Part shown: positions 1 to 14,384 of the stretch, one piece after another
Layout: each line of letters begins with the position of its first letter
How positions within the stretch are numbered: the first letter of the stretch is position 1
NCBI GenBank assembly: GCA_022605425.2
Contig: CM061252.1
Span: forward strand, 372,001-436,000
Direction of reading: 5' to 3'
Source: Hamiltosporidium tvaerminnensis FI-OER-3-3
Lineage: Eukaryota; Fungi; Microsporidia
DNA: 64,000 bases
Notes under the pieces: model-generated
Databases searched by the model: none
What the model was told of the DNA's origin: nothing
Seen by the model: only the letters and a program-made list of their open reading frames with translations
Program-made: the position numbers and the translations under genes

Positions 1-29
1 AATTTCTTGTTATTACATTTTAACAGCAT

Positions 30-560
30 AAAATGCGCATATTTCACATCTTTATTCGCAAGTTACGAAACCTGGACCATGAAAAGGTATACGCGTTCAT
101 TCTATCATCTTTAAGTGCGTTTTTACAACAGTTTTTTGTTAATTGCAAGGTTGATGAATTGTTTGTGATTATCAAGTTTAAAAAATCAAGGGATACCGAA
201 TAATATAAATATATTAGAATACACAGGCCACTGAATTGCACTTTTACTTTTGTGGAGCGAATTGAAAAGCCTTAGTGAAATGAACTTGATATACAAGTAT
301 GAATTTATAGAGATCGTTAGATTATACTTATGTAGATTAAAAAGACTCGAAGTCGCGTTCATGCTCTGAGTTTGTATCGGTCTTACACGTTCGCATTTTC
401 GGGCCACAGTTTTTTCCCCGGACGGCATACATAAATTTGCTAAGGCATTATTGTTTCCGTATTTGCATTCTATACTTCGAACCATCTTTTTCATACAGCA
501 TCAAACACGATGTTTAAGTTCAACATGTGCATCATGTAAAATTAGTAATAACTGCAAAGA
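30..560 (-). pseudogene. Decayed retroviral-like (rve) integrase/transposase of the KRBA2/SCAND3 type; transposon remnant that may continue off the left edge
   Basis: Minus-strand translation through stops gives LILHDAHVELKHRV*CCMKK...NLCMPS (HHCC-like Zn region), VRPIQTQSMNA, KSKSAIQWPVYSNIFILFGIP*FFKLDNHKQFIN (compare KSKRAEEVA..LLDIF.IFGAP.ILQSDNGREF.N) and LANKDVKY (compare RANQDIE). Multiple stops. Confidence 0.7.
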
Positions 561-3500
561 TGTAAATAATATTGCTATTTTCTTTACGCTTAACTTAAAT
601 AACAATCATCTTTTCTTCTTTCAAATATTTACCACGCCAAACTTGCGTAAATTCCGATAGTTTCTGATTTTTTTTATTGAAATTTGCTTTTAAATATTTG
701 AAATTTTTCTATATAGTATTAATATTGCAGTTTTGTAAGAAATCATGCATTATGACCTTTATATATTTCAATTAATTCGAATCTATATAAAAATGCTTCA
801 TATCACTTAATGCGTTATCATCGGTTCTTTCATTCATTTTTTTTAAAATTACTAACATTTAATTAAAAAGAACAGAAGACAACCGTGAATGTATTGAAAT
901 AAAGAATAAATAAGCAGCGCATATTAATTGTTGCTGATATAGTATTGTGAAGCACCCAGATGAACGGTTAAATTTAAACCAATTTTCTAGATGAATAAGA
1001 GAAACTGTTGCAGTGGTAAAGTTGACTGACAGTGTAAAAAATTAACGAGATTGTCTTTAAAATATTGATTTGCGGGTTAGAGTCATTATAACTATTGATT
1101 AAGCATTGTGAAAATTGCCTTGAAAAACCAAGTTGAGCTACATATTCTCTAATAAATATGTTGATCGTAAAATTTAAGATTTTTAAATCTAATTATTATT
1201 TAAATACATATTGTAAAATAAAATTATACAAAATTAAAAAGTATTTTAGTTCAGTATTTCAGATTTTAATGTGAGCTTATTAGATACAATATTTCAAAAT
1301 TAATTTAGACTATATTTCCTTGTTTAGACTTATAAACCAATAAAATGCTTCGTTTGAGTGCTAAAAATAAACAAAGAAATATAAAAATAGTTTCAAGTTT
1401 AACATTCTTTTCTAATATAATTATTCAACAACAAAATTTGTATCATTTATGCTTACATAAAAGGAAACCCATGTAACATCATATATATTCATGTTTCCCC
1501 GAAATATACAGAAAAAAATCTTAAAATTAATAATAGGAAATTTACAGTTATTGATACAAACATAGTTAGCAATGCAAAAATAACTTTACTTGATAATAAT
1601 TGCTGGTTTACTAAAAATTAAATCTTACTTTCATGCCTGTTAAGCTCAACTATTAAATTTTACAATATGAAGTTATTAATTAGAAATAAACAAAAGTATA
1701 ACCAAATTAATATATTAATAATTAGACTTATAAGTTAAAAACTTAACACTGACGTTTAAATATACAATATTGTAATTTTCATTAAAATAAAAAATATCTT
1801 AGTTTAATATTATAATTTTTAGTTAAGATGTATTCACTAAGTATGATAGATTTTTTAAGTGAATAAGAGATGATGTTGTATCAATAAATATATTCACACG
1901 ATTTCTTCATCTTATCTATAACAACAAAATTCTTAATCTAAAATTTCTATAAATTTCGATTTAAACAAGATAGAAATTACAATAACCCTATTTTTCGAGC
2001 CGAAAATATCCAATTTTGCAATATTATGTGTTTTTTCATTTTAGTCTTTATCAGAGAGAGTTTAATACCACGTGCCGGTCAAAATAGTTAAAAAGATAAA
2101 ATAAAACCCGAATCCATGCAATATCACGATATTAATGCAAACAAATATATCTAAATATATATTTTTCAGAAACGAATGACGATATATAAGTGTTGTTAGT
2201 TTTGCAATTCTTCTTTTACTGATATAAAATGAAATACCAAACAATCTTAAGGTGTATATATTTTAACGTACTAGACACAAAAAAATTTAATTCAGAATTG
2301 TTCTAAATATAATATTTTAAAGAACGTATGATATTTAAGAACATCATAATGCACTGATTCAATAAAAAACTTACCCGACTACTTTTTTAAATTAATACAA
2401 TTTATTTTTTGCCTATAAACCACAAAGGAAGCAATACATTTTTTTGAAGAAATAATAAATATAATAGGGCCCTCATCATAACAAATTCAAGCAGAATCTG
2501 ACAATTCCCCAATTCTTTGCTATATTACGCATAAAATCGATTTCAACTTCTTTTTTTTTCTAGCCGATTTAACATACATTTAATTATATTCATTTATTTA
2601 GTTTACCTGTTTCACGATGCATAAACATAAGAACAATCTGGATCTGTATAGAAGACCGCCAATATTTATGCAAAAATTGAAGAAGCGGTAGATTGTTTTT
2701 CCGCTGCATATAGAAGATTTTATAATATTGTATGTGGATATGTACGGAATCATTAAATATTTTATTGGAAAAATTTAGGTCTAGAAGGTTTATTAACTTA
2801 AGTCTAAACTGTATAATGAATATCCTGCAAAGTTACTTTAAATTGATACCGTTTTCATGATTTTTTACAATTTATGCATAATATCACGACGCTATAAACC
2901 CGATGGAATTTAGGCATTTTTTAAGAAAATTATATGAACATAAAATTTTAGATAACAATCTTTATTAAATATGTTGTTAATTGAAAATATGTAAACTACA
3001 ATTTGGATAGGTTTTAGGATACGTAAGCCGACTTATTCTGTAAAACCAAGTTTTTATTAAATTATATAGAATTAAAATAAATTTTCTAAAACTTAATATT
3101 CCGTTTCTTATTTAGTTATTTGATTCGATTTCTACTTTTAAATGTTATTTCCATTGACATTCATTGTAGCTTAAAAAATAATTTCCGTATGATTTATTAA
3201 AATTTAGGCTTTAAAAAAATCAAGTGAAAGCGATTTATTGACTCTGTTCAAATATTAATTATATTTTACGGTTTTATTTACAACATATGCTTCGACTAGA
3301 TTAAAAAAATAATCTTGTAATGAAATATAGTTCTTGTGAGTTTTTAACTTTTTAAATAACCCCAAGTTAACAATTTTATAAAATGTTAAGACATAGCTTA
3401 CACAGCGAAAGAAACTAGTTCTTTGATTAAATAAGCGTTAATTAAATAAAAAAATACTAGTATTAGCATTACACAGTACCATTATAGATTTTCTAAAATA

Positions 3501-6269
3501 GGGTTTACTCATATAATAATTCACGAATCAAAGAAATTGCTGCAATATGCGATTCTCAACAAATTATTTGTGGTTGTGTTATTCTAAAATGCTGTATGAA
3601 ACCATAAAGTTAAATCAAAATGTATAATGTATGCACTTTTGTTTTAGAGTAAAAAATCAAAGTGCAATTTGAGTCTATTACACATCAAAATGTTTACAGG
3701 AATATGAAAAGTTATTTCTATAGGTTTATTAGTAAATTTATGCATATATGAGTCTTCTCTGTGCTATTTTTTAACTACATAAAGTTTTGATTGCAAACAT
3801 ATATACGCTAGCCGAGCAGAGACAGTTAAAATATATTAGCCATAACTATTGAAAATAAAATAAAGAGTTTTTAATAGAAATTTAAATCATTAAAAATCAA
3901 AAAAAATCATTTACGATGTATTGATATCTAGGGAGTAAAAAGTTTTACATTAAGATTTTTTTGTTCATAATAGAACCCATATATATCCGGATATCTAGAC
4001 TATAAAACTCTATACTTTTACGTTTTCTAAAAATCTTAATAGTAGATTTTAATGAGTATCTAGAGAATGCCATATTAACAGTCTTCACTTTAAGACTTAT
4101 TATATATAGTAGGTCGAAATTGCAACTTACAGAGATGATCAGACGCTATAAAAACATCTCATTATTTATTAAAATAAAATCCACCATATCTCTAACATGC
4201 ATGTTTTTTATACATGTAAAATATTAATACAATTTACTATAAATTGCAGAGGTAAGATCAAAACAAACGAGTTAAACGTTTATAACAGGAAAATCCAGGT
4301 AGTACCAAGAGAATAAGATTTATATATACAGGAGAACATTCTACTTTAGCAGAATAGTGTACTGCCGAGGAGTTCATGAAATAAATTTTGTCGTCTATTT
4401 TTAAAAATTTAATTGGTTTCTATTTTCTTTCCTATTTTACTTTAATTACAACATTTCATTATAAAGAGACATCTTTAATAATGTCTTTAATGTTATTGGG
4501 AAATATATCTGGTTTATGCTTTCTATAAATGGTATCCTTGAAATAAAAATTAAAAGAAAAAACAATTTCGCTTTTTTTGCTAACTTCTTTTCAGATTCTA
4601 GTATTTTTGTTATAAATACGTAATTTTTATACCGTAAACACAATCTTCATTATTGTCGATATATTACAGCAACAAAGTCAACTTAGAAATCTTGTCTGCA
4701 ACAGCAAAAAGCTCTATAATGTATAGAAATGTCTGCAATCAATTTTTTTTTGCAAAAATTCAAAGAATTTTTATGCTAATTATATGTAGTGGAAAAAACA
4801 TTTCCAAGTAGAGATGGACTCCATATATGCAACAATTAATAACCATAAGTTACAGAATAGTACTGCTATCTGGAATTTGATATTTAATATAGAGTATTTA
4901 AAAGTTAAAAAATCGTTTTGAACGCTAAAATAACCTATATATTAAGTTTGTAGTGGCTAGATTATACGCTTTAATTTGAATATTTAAATAGTATTTAATT
5001 TAATAAAAAAAATTGAGATGCTAAAAACTGCACAAATATTTCTGTTGAATAGCATTTAAAAAGTCAGGCATGCCTCAGATGTAGAAAAATCAAAAATTAT
5101 TATAAACATCCTATGAAACTTAAAAATCCGTTTAAATATTTATTTTCTTAACTTATATTGCAATTCATTGCTATTAGCACGATTTAATTAATTAATAATT
5201 ACAATATTTATTCAAGATTGAGCAGAATTATAATACGGCCTAATATTTTTTCTAAATATAGAAATCAAATCCTAATTATCTTTAAATTAATGTTCTTAGG
5301 ATGAGAATAAATTTCGATCATATGCTGAAAAAAAACTTATTTTTAATTTGTGAGTTTTATCAAACAGTATTCGATTTATTTCCGTGACAGGGAATTACAA
5401 TAGTAATTTTTGACGCTATCTTCATACATCTCAATGAAAAATTTTTTATGACCTAAATATTATACAAATTGCTCAAATTATGAGGTTCTTTTTATTTAAA
5501 GGCGCACAATTAGGGCTTCAATTTAAAATCCGAGGCACACGGAGAAAACGAATAATCATAGTTTTTTTATTCAAAGAATTACGGTGAACATAGCAATCAT
5601 TATTCGGAATTAAATATACTTCTTCGTAAGAAATTACAAATCGAAATTTCAATCAAAATTTAATATTTTTAGAAAAATGATGCAAAACTTCAGCAATTGT
5701 ATAAGGTAGGATACTTTCTTTGATATTATCTATTAGATACCATGTTTCACGAAATTAAAATTTCTAAAAAAACGCCATCAAGTATTCATCTTTTTATAAT
5801 CTTTGTTAAAAAATTATGTAATGCAATTTCGCAACTTATCGCTTTTTACAATATAATTATCTAGTAATTCTGATTTAATATTTTCATTTGCGCTTTTAAT
5901 TGGGCTTCAGATAGATATCAAATCTATATGACCATTTGAAAGCTGTATTGTAGAAATATTAAAATAATTTATGATTAAATAAAAGAAAGCTTATTTAAGA
6001 AAACTTTTTCGGCACCACTTTTTTAAATTTTTTTAACCATTTTCGGTTTGAATATTTAAATTTATTCACAATGTTTACTAAAATTAAAAAGTATAAACAG
6101 AAAGATAATCTTTTAATTCAAACAATGATGTAAATATATGAAAATCGAAAATATTGCTATCAATTTCTAAATTAACTATAAACATATAATTACATTGATT
6201 TGCTAGAAAATATAAGAAACAATTATTTAAAAAATAATATGTATAATTAGATTTGTTTACGAAACAGAA

Positions 6270-6991
6270 TAGTGGAGGGAGGATAACAACATAAAAAACT
6301 TTCTGCTTATAAATGAGTATATGAAACAGGTATTAAGATCATTGTTTGGATTTATTGGAAAACAATCACACTACATCTTTGGCTGTTCCATAGAGTTTGT
6401 TATAAGGAACGGAAGCCTAAGAAATAGCGAAACATTTTCAACAAATTTTTTTGCAGTTTTTTATGTAACTAGATTGAGACCGCAGCTGAACATGTAGGTA
6501 ATTGCCATGTAAACGCATGGAAACCTAATCTTGCTCACTCGGGTCAGAAGACTTAGTGCCTGGGAGATATAAAAATATGAACGATTAAAAGCCAGGGGAG
6601 CTAGGGAGCAGGTTATACCTGTTGATATGCCATAGCACTGTCTAGCTGGACGCCGTGTAACTCTCTGTAATATATCATAGCTAGAAGTTTATTGGTACAG
6701 AAAGTGTAGAGTAAGTGGAAATGCTGCATAGTCTTGGGGGAGACCAAGGTGGCTTCGGCCTTCGATCACACTCCATAACGGACATTAACGAACTCCGAGC
6801 AACTGCCTCGCTTATTATTCAGGTTCTACACACCTGGTAGATCAAAGGCATTTTGACGTAGGTATCGCAGGGGTACTGATGGAGTGTTGGGGTAGCAGTT
6901 ATTTATGTTAAACCTAGAACTGCGTTAATGTTATGAAAACAAATATAACACTTACCACTGTTTTAAAAAAGATGTGATACTTTAAAATAAA
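6270..6991 (+). mobile_element. ~725-bp non-coding interspersed element (family L), copy 1
   Basis: GC-richer island that is the reverse complement of the copies at 32.0, 33.9 and 48.5 kb. Starts (T)RGYGGAGG and ends GATGTGATWCTTT..AATAAA. No ORF conserved across copies. Confidence 0.9.
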
Positions 6992-9900
6992 GGATTAAAT
7001 CCATATTTCATTTATAGTTTTTATGATTCTAAAATATTATTCGGCACTGAGTTAAAGCATAATCTTTCTCAGTTTGCTTGGATAAATTTTTAGTACATCT
7101 TAGATGAGTAAAATCATTTTTCTTAAAGATTCATTTTATTTTGCACACCACAGAAAATTAAAATCATAGTAATTACTTTATTCTAACGTAACGATGTTAA
7201 GAAGAATACTTTCAAATAGACTAGAATACTATAGCTTTTGTTTTTCCTTTCAAAAAAAATCAAAAATTAAACAATAAACCCTCTCATATATTAAATATGT
7301 TGCAGTAAGAATCATTTATTTCTCTATAATTTCAAAAATTAAAACGATTATTAAGCTATATTCCTTAAAACCTTAGTTTTGTTAATATACTACTTCATGT
7401 TTACTAATTTGTTCTAAACCTAAGAAAAACTCTATAATAAATTCATTACAGAAATTTTAATATTCTAAAAATTAACTATTAGGTACAACTTTGCCAATTA
7501 AATTTAAATTGCAAGAAATAATACGTCAACAAAAAAGTAATAAGCGATTCGGTAAATTAACAAGGAATCTATACGGTTTTTCCTTTGAAAAATTTCTAAA
7601 TACTCAAATTTAGCTGATTAATTTTGAAAAAAGTAAATGCAAATATTTTTTATAATTTACTTTTATTTATACAACGTAAAGTTTAAATTCCTATATAAAT
7701 TAATATGATAGGGGCTGTTAATTTTCTATTAAAAAGAATAATAATCTTTTTAAAATAATTTTTTTTATTGAACTTAATCTTTAAATCTAAAAGTTTTACC
7801 TCAATAACTTTTAATTTCTAATTTGTATTTACGATTTTCAATAATATGATATTAAGTTTATACATTTTAAAATTTATCTCACGTTGAAGATTTTGTTTAA
7901 GACAATAAGGGGTATAGAAAACGGAGTAATACAAAAAACACATTAACTTTTGGCAAAATAGCTGAGCTATGAAAATTTAAGTATTCTGCCTAACATTAAA
8001 TGATCATACGGGACTGGAATGAAAGTAGCCCGAGCGCGTTGAAATACTTATACCGTGTACTAAAACGTCAAGAATCGTAATACAACCACATTTTACATTA
8101 TTGGGCAATGTTGTTTTTACTTGTATATACCAGAATTAAAGAAAAAGCGTGCTCTTGAACGTAAATTCTAATATAGCAAACTTAAAAACAGACGCGTTAG
8201 TTTTGATTAGCTCTCGTTATTATCTTGCACAGAGTTGTTCAAAAACAATATTAGGCAATATCTCGACAAACGAAATATCTCAAAAATTCAAAATCTATGA
8301 TAAAGCGAAGGCACATCTATTCTTCGTTTCATAAACATTATAAATAGTAATATCTAATGAAATGCTATTACCTTTGGACAAATTTGTAGTTTTACAAAAA
8401 TTGAAAAATCTAACTAACCATTCATGCCTTTAAGCATGAAATATTAATGCAAATACAATTCTTAAAGTTATAGAAAGACGGAATAAAACAAATTATAAAA
8501 CTCAAATTTTTATTATTTCTGACATCTATTGGAATAGAACAAGATTTAGTAATACTTTTTAAAAATTTATTCAAATCTTTATAAAAAGTGCTTTTTATTA
8601 GAAGCTCCAACACCGAAAAAACATTTTATAATTACATGCTTAAAGCGTTTAAATTTAACTGTAAAAACATAAATTTCTTCTTGTTAAATTTTTTTTTAAA
8701 AGGCTAAAAAATGTTTATATAAAAAAACCAGAAAATAATTGCATTTTATCGCATTTTCATGGCAAGATCAAAGCTTGAAATACACAAATTCCCATGTTAT
8801 TATATCGGTTTGTTTTTTAGAAATTTATTACAAAGTTTTATAAAAAAATCAATACTACGAAACACCAATGGACGTAACTTGTATTTAATACTCAAATGTT
8901 TATTCTATAGATATAATTGTGTATATGTATTAGTTATAAAATATCGTTTTATCAAATGACACTTTAATATGATTAAATCAATTGTGAGTTAACCTTATTT
9001 GCGAATTCCAAATAATATATAACAAATTCGATAAAATATTTTATTAAATAACGTAATCTAAAGACATATTACTTCAAACTTTAAATAATATAAAAGTAAC
9101 AGTCCAAGATTTTAAGCAATAATCACATATGAATTCATAGGTGATTGAAACAAATGTTATACAGAAAGCTGTTAATAATGTAAATGAGCTAAGACGACTG
9201 AATTTTAGATAGTGAACTTTTTAATTTAGATTATTTTATTAGTATATTAGAATAATTATTCTATTTAGAATCTAATAGTTTTATATGATAAGATATTTTA
9301 ATTTTTCGATTTTTGATAAATACGTAGAGAAATATTACATTTTTGCGTGCCGAACTAAATATAGAGTCGCAATAAATTTATTTGAAAAAATGCAAGTGTG
9401 GTAACATCTCATATTTTTTTATAAGACTTATATATTAAAATTCTGATACCTTTTCACTTTGTACGATTGCTCATGAATGATGCAATAAAAGTTTATAAAA
9501 GAGAAAAAGTTAAATCAAACATATAATAAAAGCTTTGGTTACTTAAGAATCGTTTGTAATTATTTTTTTTATTATTGGAAATAAAATAAGAAAGAATTCT
9601 TATCACAGCTAATTAAGAGCTCGTTATGTTTCACAACAAAGCATATTTTTAAAATTAGCTAGTTAACCGGCATGAAACAGGTTTTAATGCAACTAATCTG
9701 GTGTTATACAGTCATATTTCGCTCATTAAATTAGCCTACTATTTTATTTATGATACCACATTTGATAATAGTATAGATATAAAAATTTCTTGGAGTAAAT
9801 CTAAAAATGTTATGACCGAGAAGAAACTAATAAATATCCATTCGTTGATTAATTTTATTCAATGTTTTTTTGGGTATTGTATAAAAATTTATATCAAGTT

Positions 9901-12900
9901 AAAGCGTATTGTTTTTGCTTAATGTTTAAATTGCATTTATGAAACAATCATAACTAGATTAAAATATAAAATTAGTGTTTAAGCAAAATTAAACTATAAG
10001 GTTATTACTTAGATGATCCAGAGAAATTATTGATGCTAAATTATGAATTATATATCTGCATTTATATATTTTATTTATAGATGATATACACCACAAATAT
10101 GATGTAAATTATTTATATTTCGTTTATTTTAATTTTCCAACAAATCAAATGTGATAATTTTATTAGATTTCTAAGTATTTAAATTTAGGTAAAAGATAAA
10201 ATTTTTATTATAACATAATATAAATACCAACTATTTTATTTGGAAAATTTGTATTCATAAGACATAAAAAAATAAAAATAAATAAAAATAAAAAATAAAT
10301 TTATATAATGCGGATTTTTTTAAATTCTAGATTTTTCCGCCAGTATTTAATTGTAAAGTAAACAGATAAAACCTCAAAAAAGATGAGGGCTGACTAATAA
10401 TACGAAACCTCATCATCATATAATGGCATTAAAATTAGCTTGAAAAGCAACACAAAAAAAATAAAGTATCTATAGCTTTTCAGAACAAAAATGACAAAGG
10501 TAAAACCACTCTAGCCTAATTAGTGCAAAATCATAAGTGCCTAAATAACATATGATTGTTATTATATTTCTAGGTTTAAGAGAAACATTTCGAGACATAT
10601 ATCGTGTTGAAGTTTTTAAATTTTTCATAACAAACGCATTTTTTCGGAAAATGAAAATTATTTACACTAAAAATTCTATTTTTCTTTTGTTTAAAATTGT
10701 TATATAGATACAAGTAAGTACTTAATGTGAATATTAGTACACCGAACTTATAAATATTCATTTCGTCACCTAATTTAACGCAGAGTTAGGAGAAGGTATA
10801 AAATATTATTTTAAATATACACAATCCTATAAGTCCAAGACATATTATGTTACTTTCATGAAACAGCCTATTTAGTGTACATATCGAATCTACGGATCGA
10901 AATCTTAATGTTATACCAGTATACTCATATCTAGTGTTTCATTTTAAAAGAGTTTTTGAAACGCCTTATAGTCAAGGCAATTTTTGTAAGGCGTATAAAT
11001 TTTAGATTTTTAAGTAAGATCGGTCATAACTCCTCCGTTTTTGCCTCTCTCAAGTCTGACAACATAAAATTTACTCAATATTTTCTGACCCAAAAAGACT
11101 TCCAATAAAAGTATATATAGGTAAAATAAGCCTGTTTAAATTAGCATTATAAAGATATATACAAATATATCTGCTACTTAACCTGCTAACTCGTTACTTT
11201 GTGTTTTTTTTAGTATTACATCGACGCGAAGTCTTAACACTCGCGCGAGCAAAAATTGGTTTCCTGGCTTTTGGATGATTTTGTAAATATATTAAGTTTC
11301 GCGTAACAATTTAGTTATATGAGAAACACAAACGAACGTTGTAAAAAATTATTACACAAGTCGACATTCTCAAACATAATTTACCTGAAAAAGTAAAAGC
11401 GTAGTGAAATTTTTATTTCTCTAAGAACCATATCTATGCTTTACTCCGGTATTTTACCTTTTCTTGCCACGAAATACTTTTTAATCATCTTATTTTAATT
11501 CTCTAGCTAAATTAATTTATAAAAGTTGAAATATCTATTAGAACTTTTTGATCAAAAAAATTCATGAAGAGCTATGCCATTCAACGTTTTTACTGTTTTA
11601 AAATTTATCTCTAGGAATTATATCAATGCGTTTTTTCTAAATTCAATAGATTCTTTATATCAAAGGTTTACCTGTATGGAAATATATAAGAGCTATCTTC
11701 CCAAACGCAAAATTTATAATCCCAAAAAAGGAATTCGACCTTAACATAGTAAAGAGCCAAAGAAGCGAACTCAATTCTAGTAGAATTTTTAGACTTTAAG
11801 ACATAATGCGTTCATTTTTTTACAATCTTTATATATAGCACTATTCGAGAAGGCCTGATCAATAAAAATAGTATTCTTCAAGGAAAAGGCTAATTGATTC
11901 AAAAGCAGCAGAGTTTATTTAATATCCGAAACAGGCTCTAATTTAGAGAAAAAACGTTTTAAAGCATATGATTTCGTATCAAGCATAAAACAGCCTCTGA
12001 AATTTTTTTGATAGAATTTTATCTTCAGATATGATTTGATTATATTGGTTGTACGATCATTAATATGGTTTTATCGTTTAAATTATTTTTGCAACAGGTA
12101 TTTGTTTCTTTTATGGCTTTACGTATTTTTTAAGGCGCAATTTTATTTGTTTTCTTCAATCGATTCAGGTCTAAGATTTGCCAATAAAATTTTAAATTAT
12201 GATTTGATGCTCAAAACACAGATTTACTGCTTTTTATTTGTTTATTTTTTCTTGTGTACAAACTTACAATTTGTTTTATAGTTAAGTAATTTAAAACACT
12301 ATACTATAAACAATATTTTTATAAATCACAACAAAAATTTATATTTAATTTAAAAACCCTATTTTTTTTACTAAAACATTTGTTTTGTGCGGTATGTATA
12401 CGAGTTGCGTTTACAATTAGTTCACACATGACTTAATCATTTTATTTTTTTAAATGTATGCAAAAAATTCTATTGTAAAAGAAAAAAATCCAAAGAAAGA
12501 TACTTTGGTTATTTTACTCTAAATATTATAGTAAGATGGTTTTGTGATAATGTTTCAATGCCATTTTTGTTTAGCATAAATAAAATAACAATGATTTGTA
12601 AAAAACATGCATTTGACTTAAAACCAAAATCAACACGCTAAATACGATTTAAACAAAACATAAAAACTTTTTTAGAAAAGTATGGGATGTATACAAATTG
12701 AAATCATATTATTATAATATTTTTAGTAAATTAAATTTCCAGGCTCAAAGTTATTTCATTTTTTTTTAAATTTAAATTGAAAAGAGTAATTTCAGAACAT
12801 TATATATTGAGTTCCTTGTAGTTAATTATTTATTTTAACGAGTTATGAGACAAAAAGTTAATAATTAATTAAAACAAGTAAGTTAAAAGTCGCAATCGCA

Positions 12901-14384
12901 CAAATATATTACGTAAATAATATAATTTGCTAGAAATTTAAGATAGTTAATGTTTCAGATATCAACATAGAGTAAACAGAAAGAAACAAGTTTTTTGCAA
13001 ATTTAAAATAATGTATTACATTATATTATTTTTGCATAATATTTTTTTATTTTTTTTTAAATAGTACTAAAAGCAAAATCGTGACTTTTGATTCTTCTTT
13101 ACTTTTCCAAGCATTATCTAAATATTAATAATAAAGGCGACATTTTTTTTAGATTACTTTGTGTGTTTAGGAGTTTAAAACATGCTTTTTTTTCGGTTTT
13201 ACTTCCAAAATTTTCAAGACTGTGCGCAAAGTGCAATAATAGGTTGCAATCGTTTTTCTAAAATATCTAAAAAAAAAGAAGCTTACTATAAAGATTTTAG
13301 TGAGTATTTAAAATAAGATTTTAAAATACCAAAAACATTATTAATATATTATATCGTGCAACACTTCCCCTATATTATATTATATTCGAAGTATAACATA
13401 GCTTAATTTGAAACGATCTAAAATAGAGTGTTTTTATTTCTAAATACGCCCCAATCGCATAATATTTTATCTTTGCATCATTTCCAAAAATCTTAGCAAA
13501 CTTTTTGATTATTATCAAATTTGTTTATATTATCTCAATTAATTGGCAATTTACTAGAAGATCTTTCATAATAGATGAAATCTTAAAATAGTAATTCTCT
13601 ATATATATTTAAATGAAAATACGTTTTTTGGGTTACATGTATCTACAAATATAATTATAATCAATTAAAAGAAAATTTGAGCTTTGATATCTGTTTTAAT
13701 TCTAATCTATTGCGTATATTTCTCAAAAAATATACAGTCACTTTAAAACTAAACTGATTTATTACTTACGAAACTCCAAAAATATAGCTGAAATACATTT
13801 CTTATACAGAATGTATCGATCGGAAACTTTTATTAAAAAAATATAGAACTAAAATTTTTTTGTTGATTTTTATAATTTCGCTACATTTGTATACATTAAG
13901 AAAGAAAATAGGGGTTATATTTCAATATCAGTTCTTTTAGAACACATATTAGTTTTATATTGTTTGAAATTATATACCATAAAACTCATAATATGCCTAC
14001 TTTAAGATATCATCAAAGTATTCAAAAAGTCTTTCTATAACAAACATTTTTCGAAATATATGATAAAAAAATTATTGATTTAAGAAAGGCATACAAGGTA
14101 TTTTTGTTACGTTATTTAGTTTATATTTTGCAAATTTTAATCTGTCTAAAATTTAATTAAAACTTTTTGCCATAAAAACAATATTGGGTTTTCGAATATA
14201 GCCATGCTATAATCCTTATGTCCAGATTAGGATTATTATTAAATAATGAAGAATGAGATGGAAAATGTTTTTTCGCGATTTTAGAACTTCTTAGTTGGAG
14301 TATTTCTTTTATTCATTTTCTACCAAGAATATTACTCCTAGTTATAAAATATACAGAAAATATATTACGGAAAAGTAAGTTAGA

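Noticed and set aside
6738-6749. GGGAGACCAAGG shared between 725-bp copy 1 and the 3' end of the short SINE-like family
   Set aside because: Other 725-bp copies read GGAGCCCAGGG/GAAGCCCAGGG here, so the match is probably coincidental.
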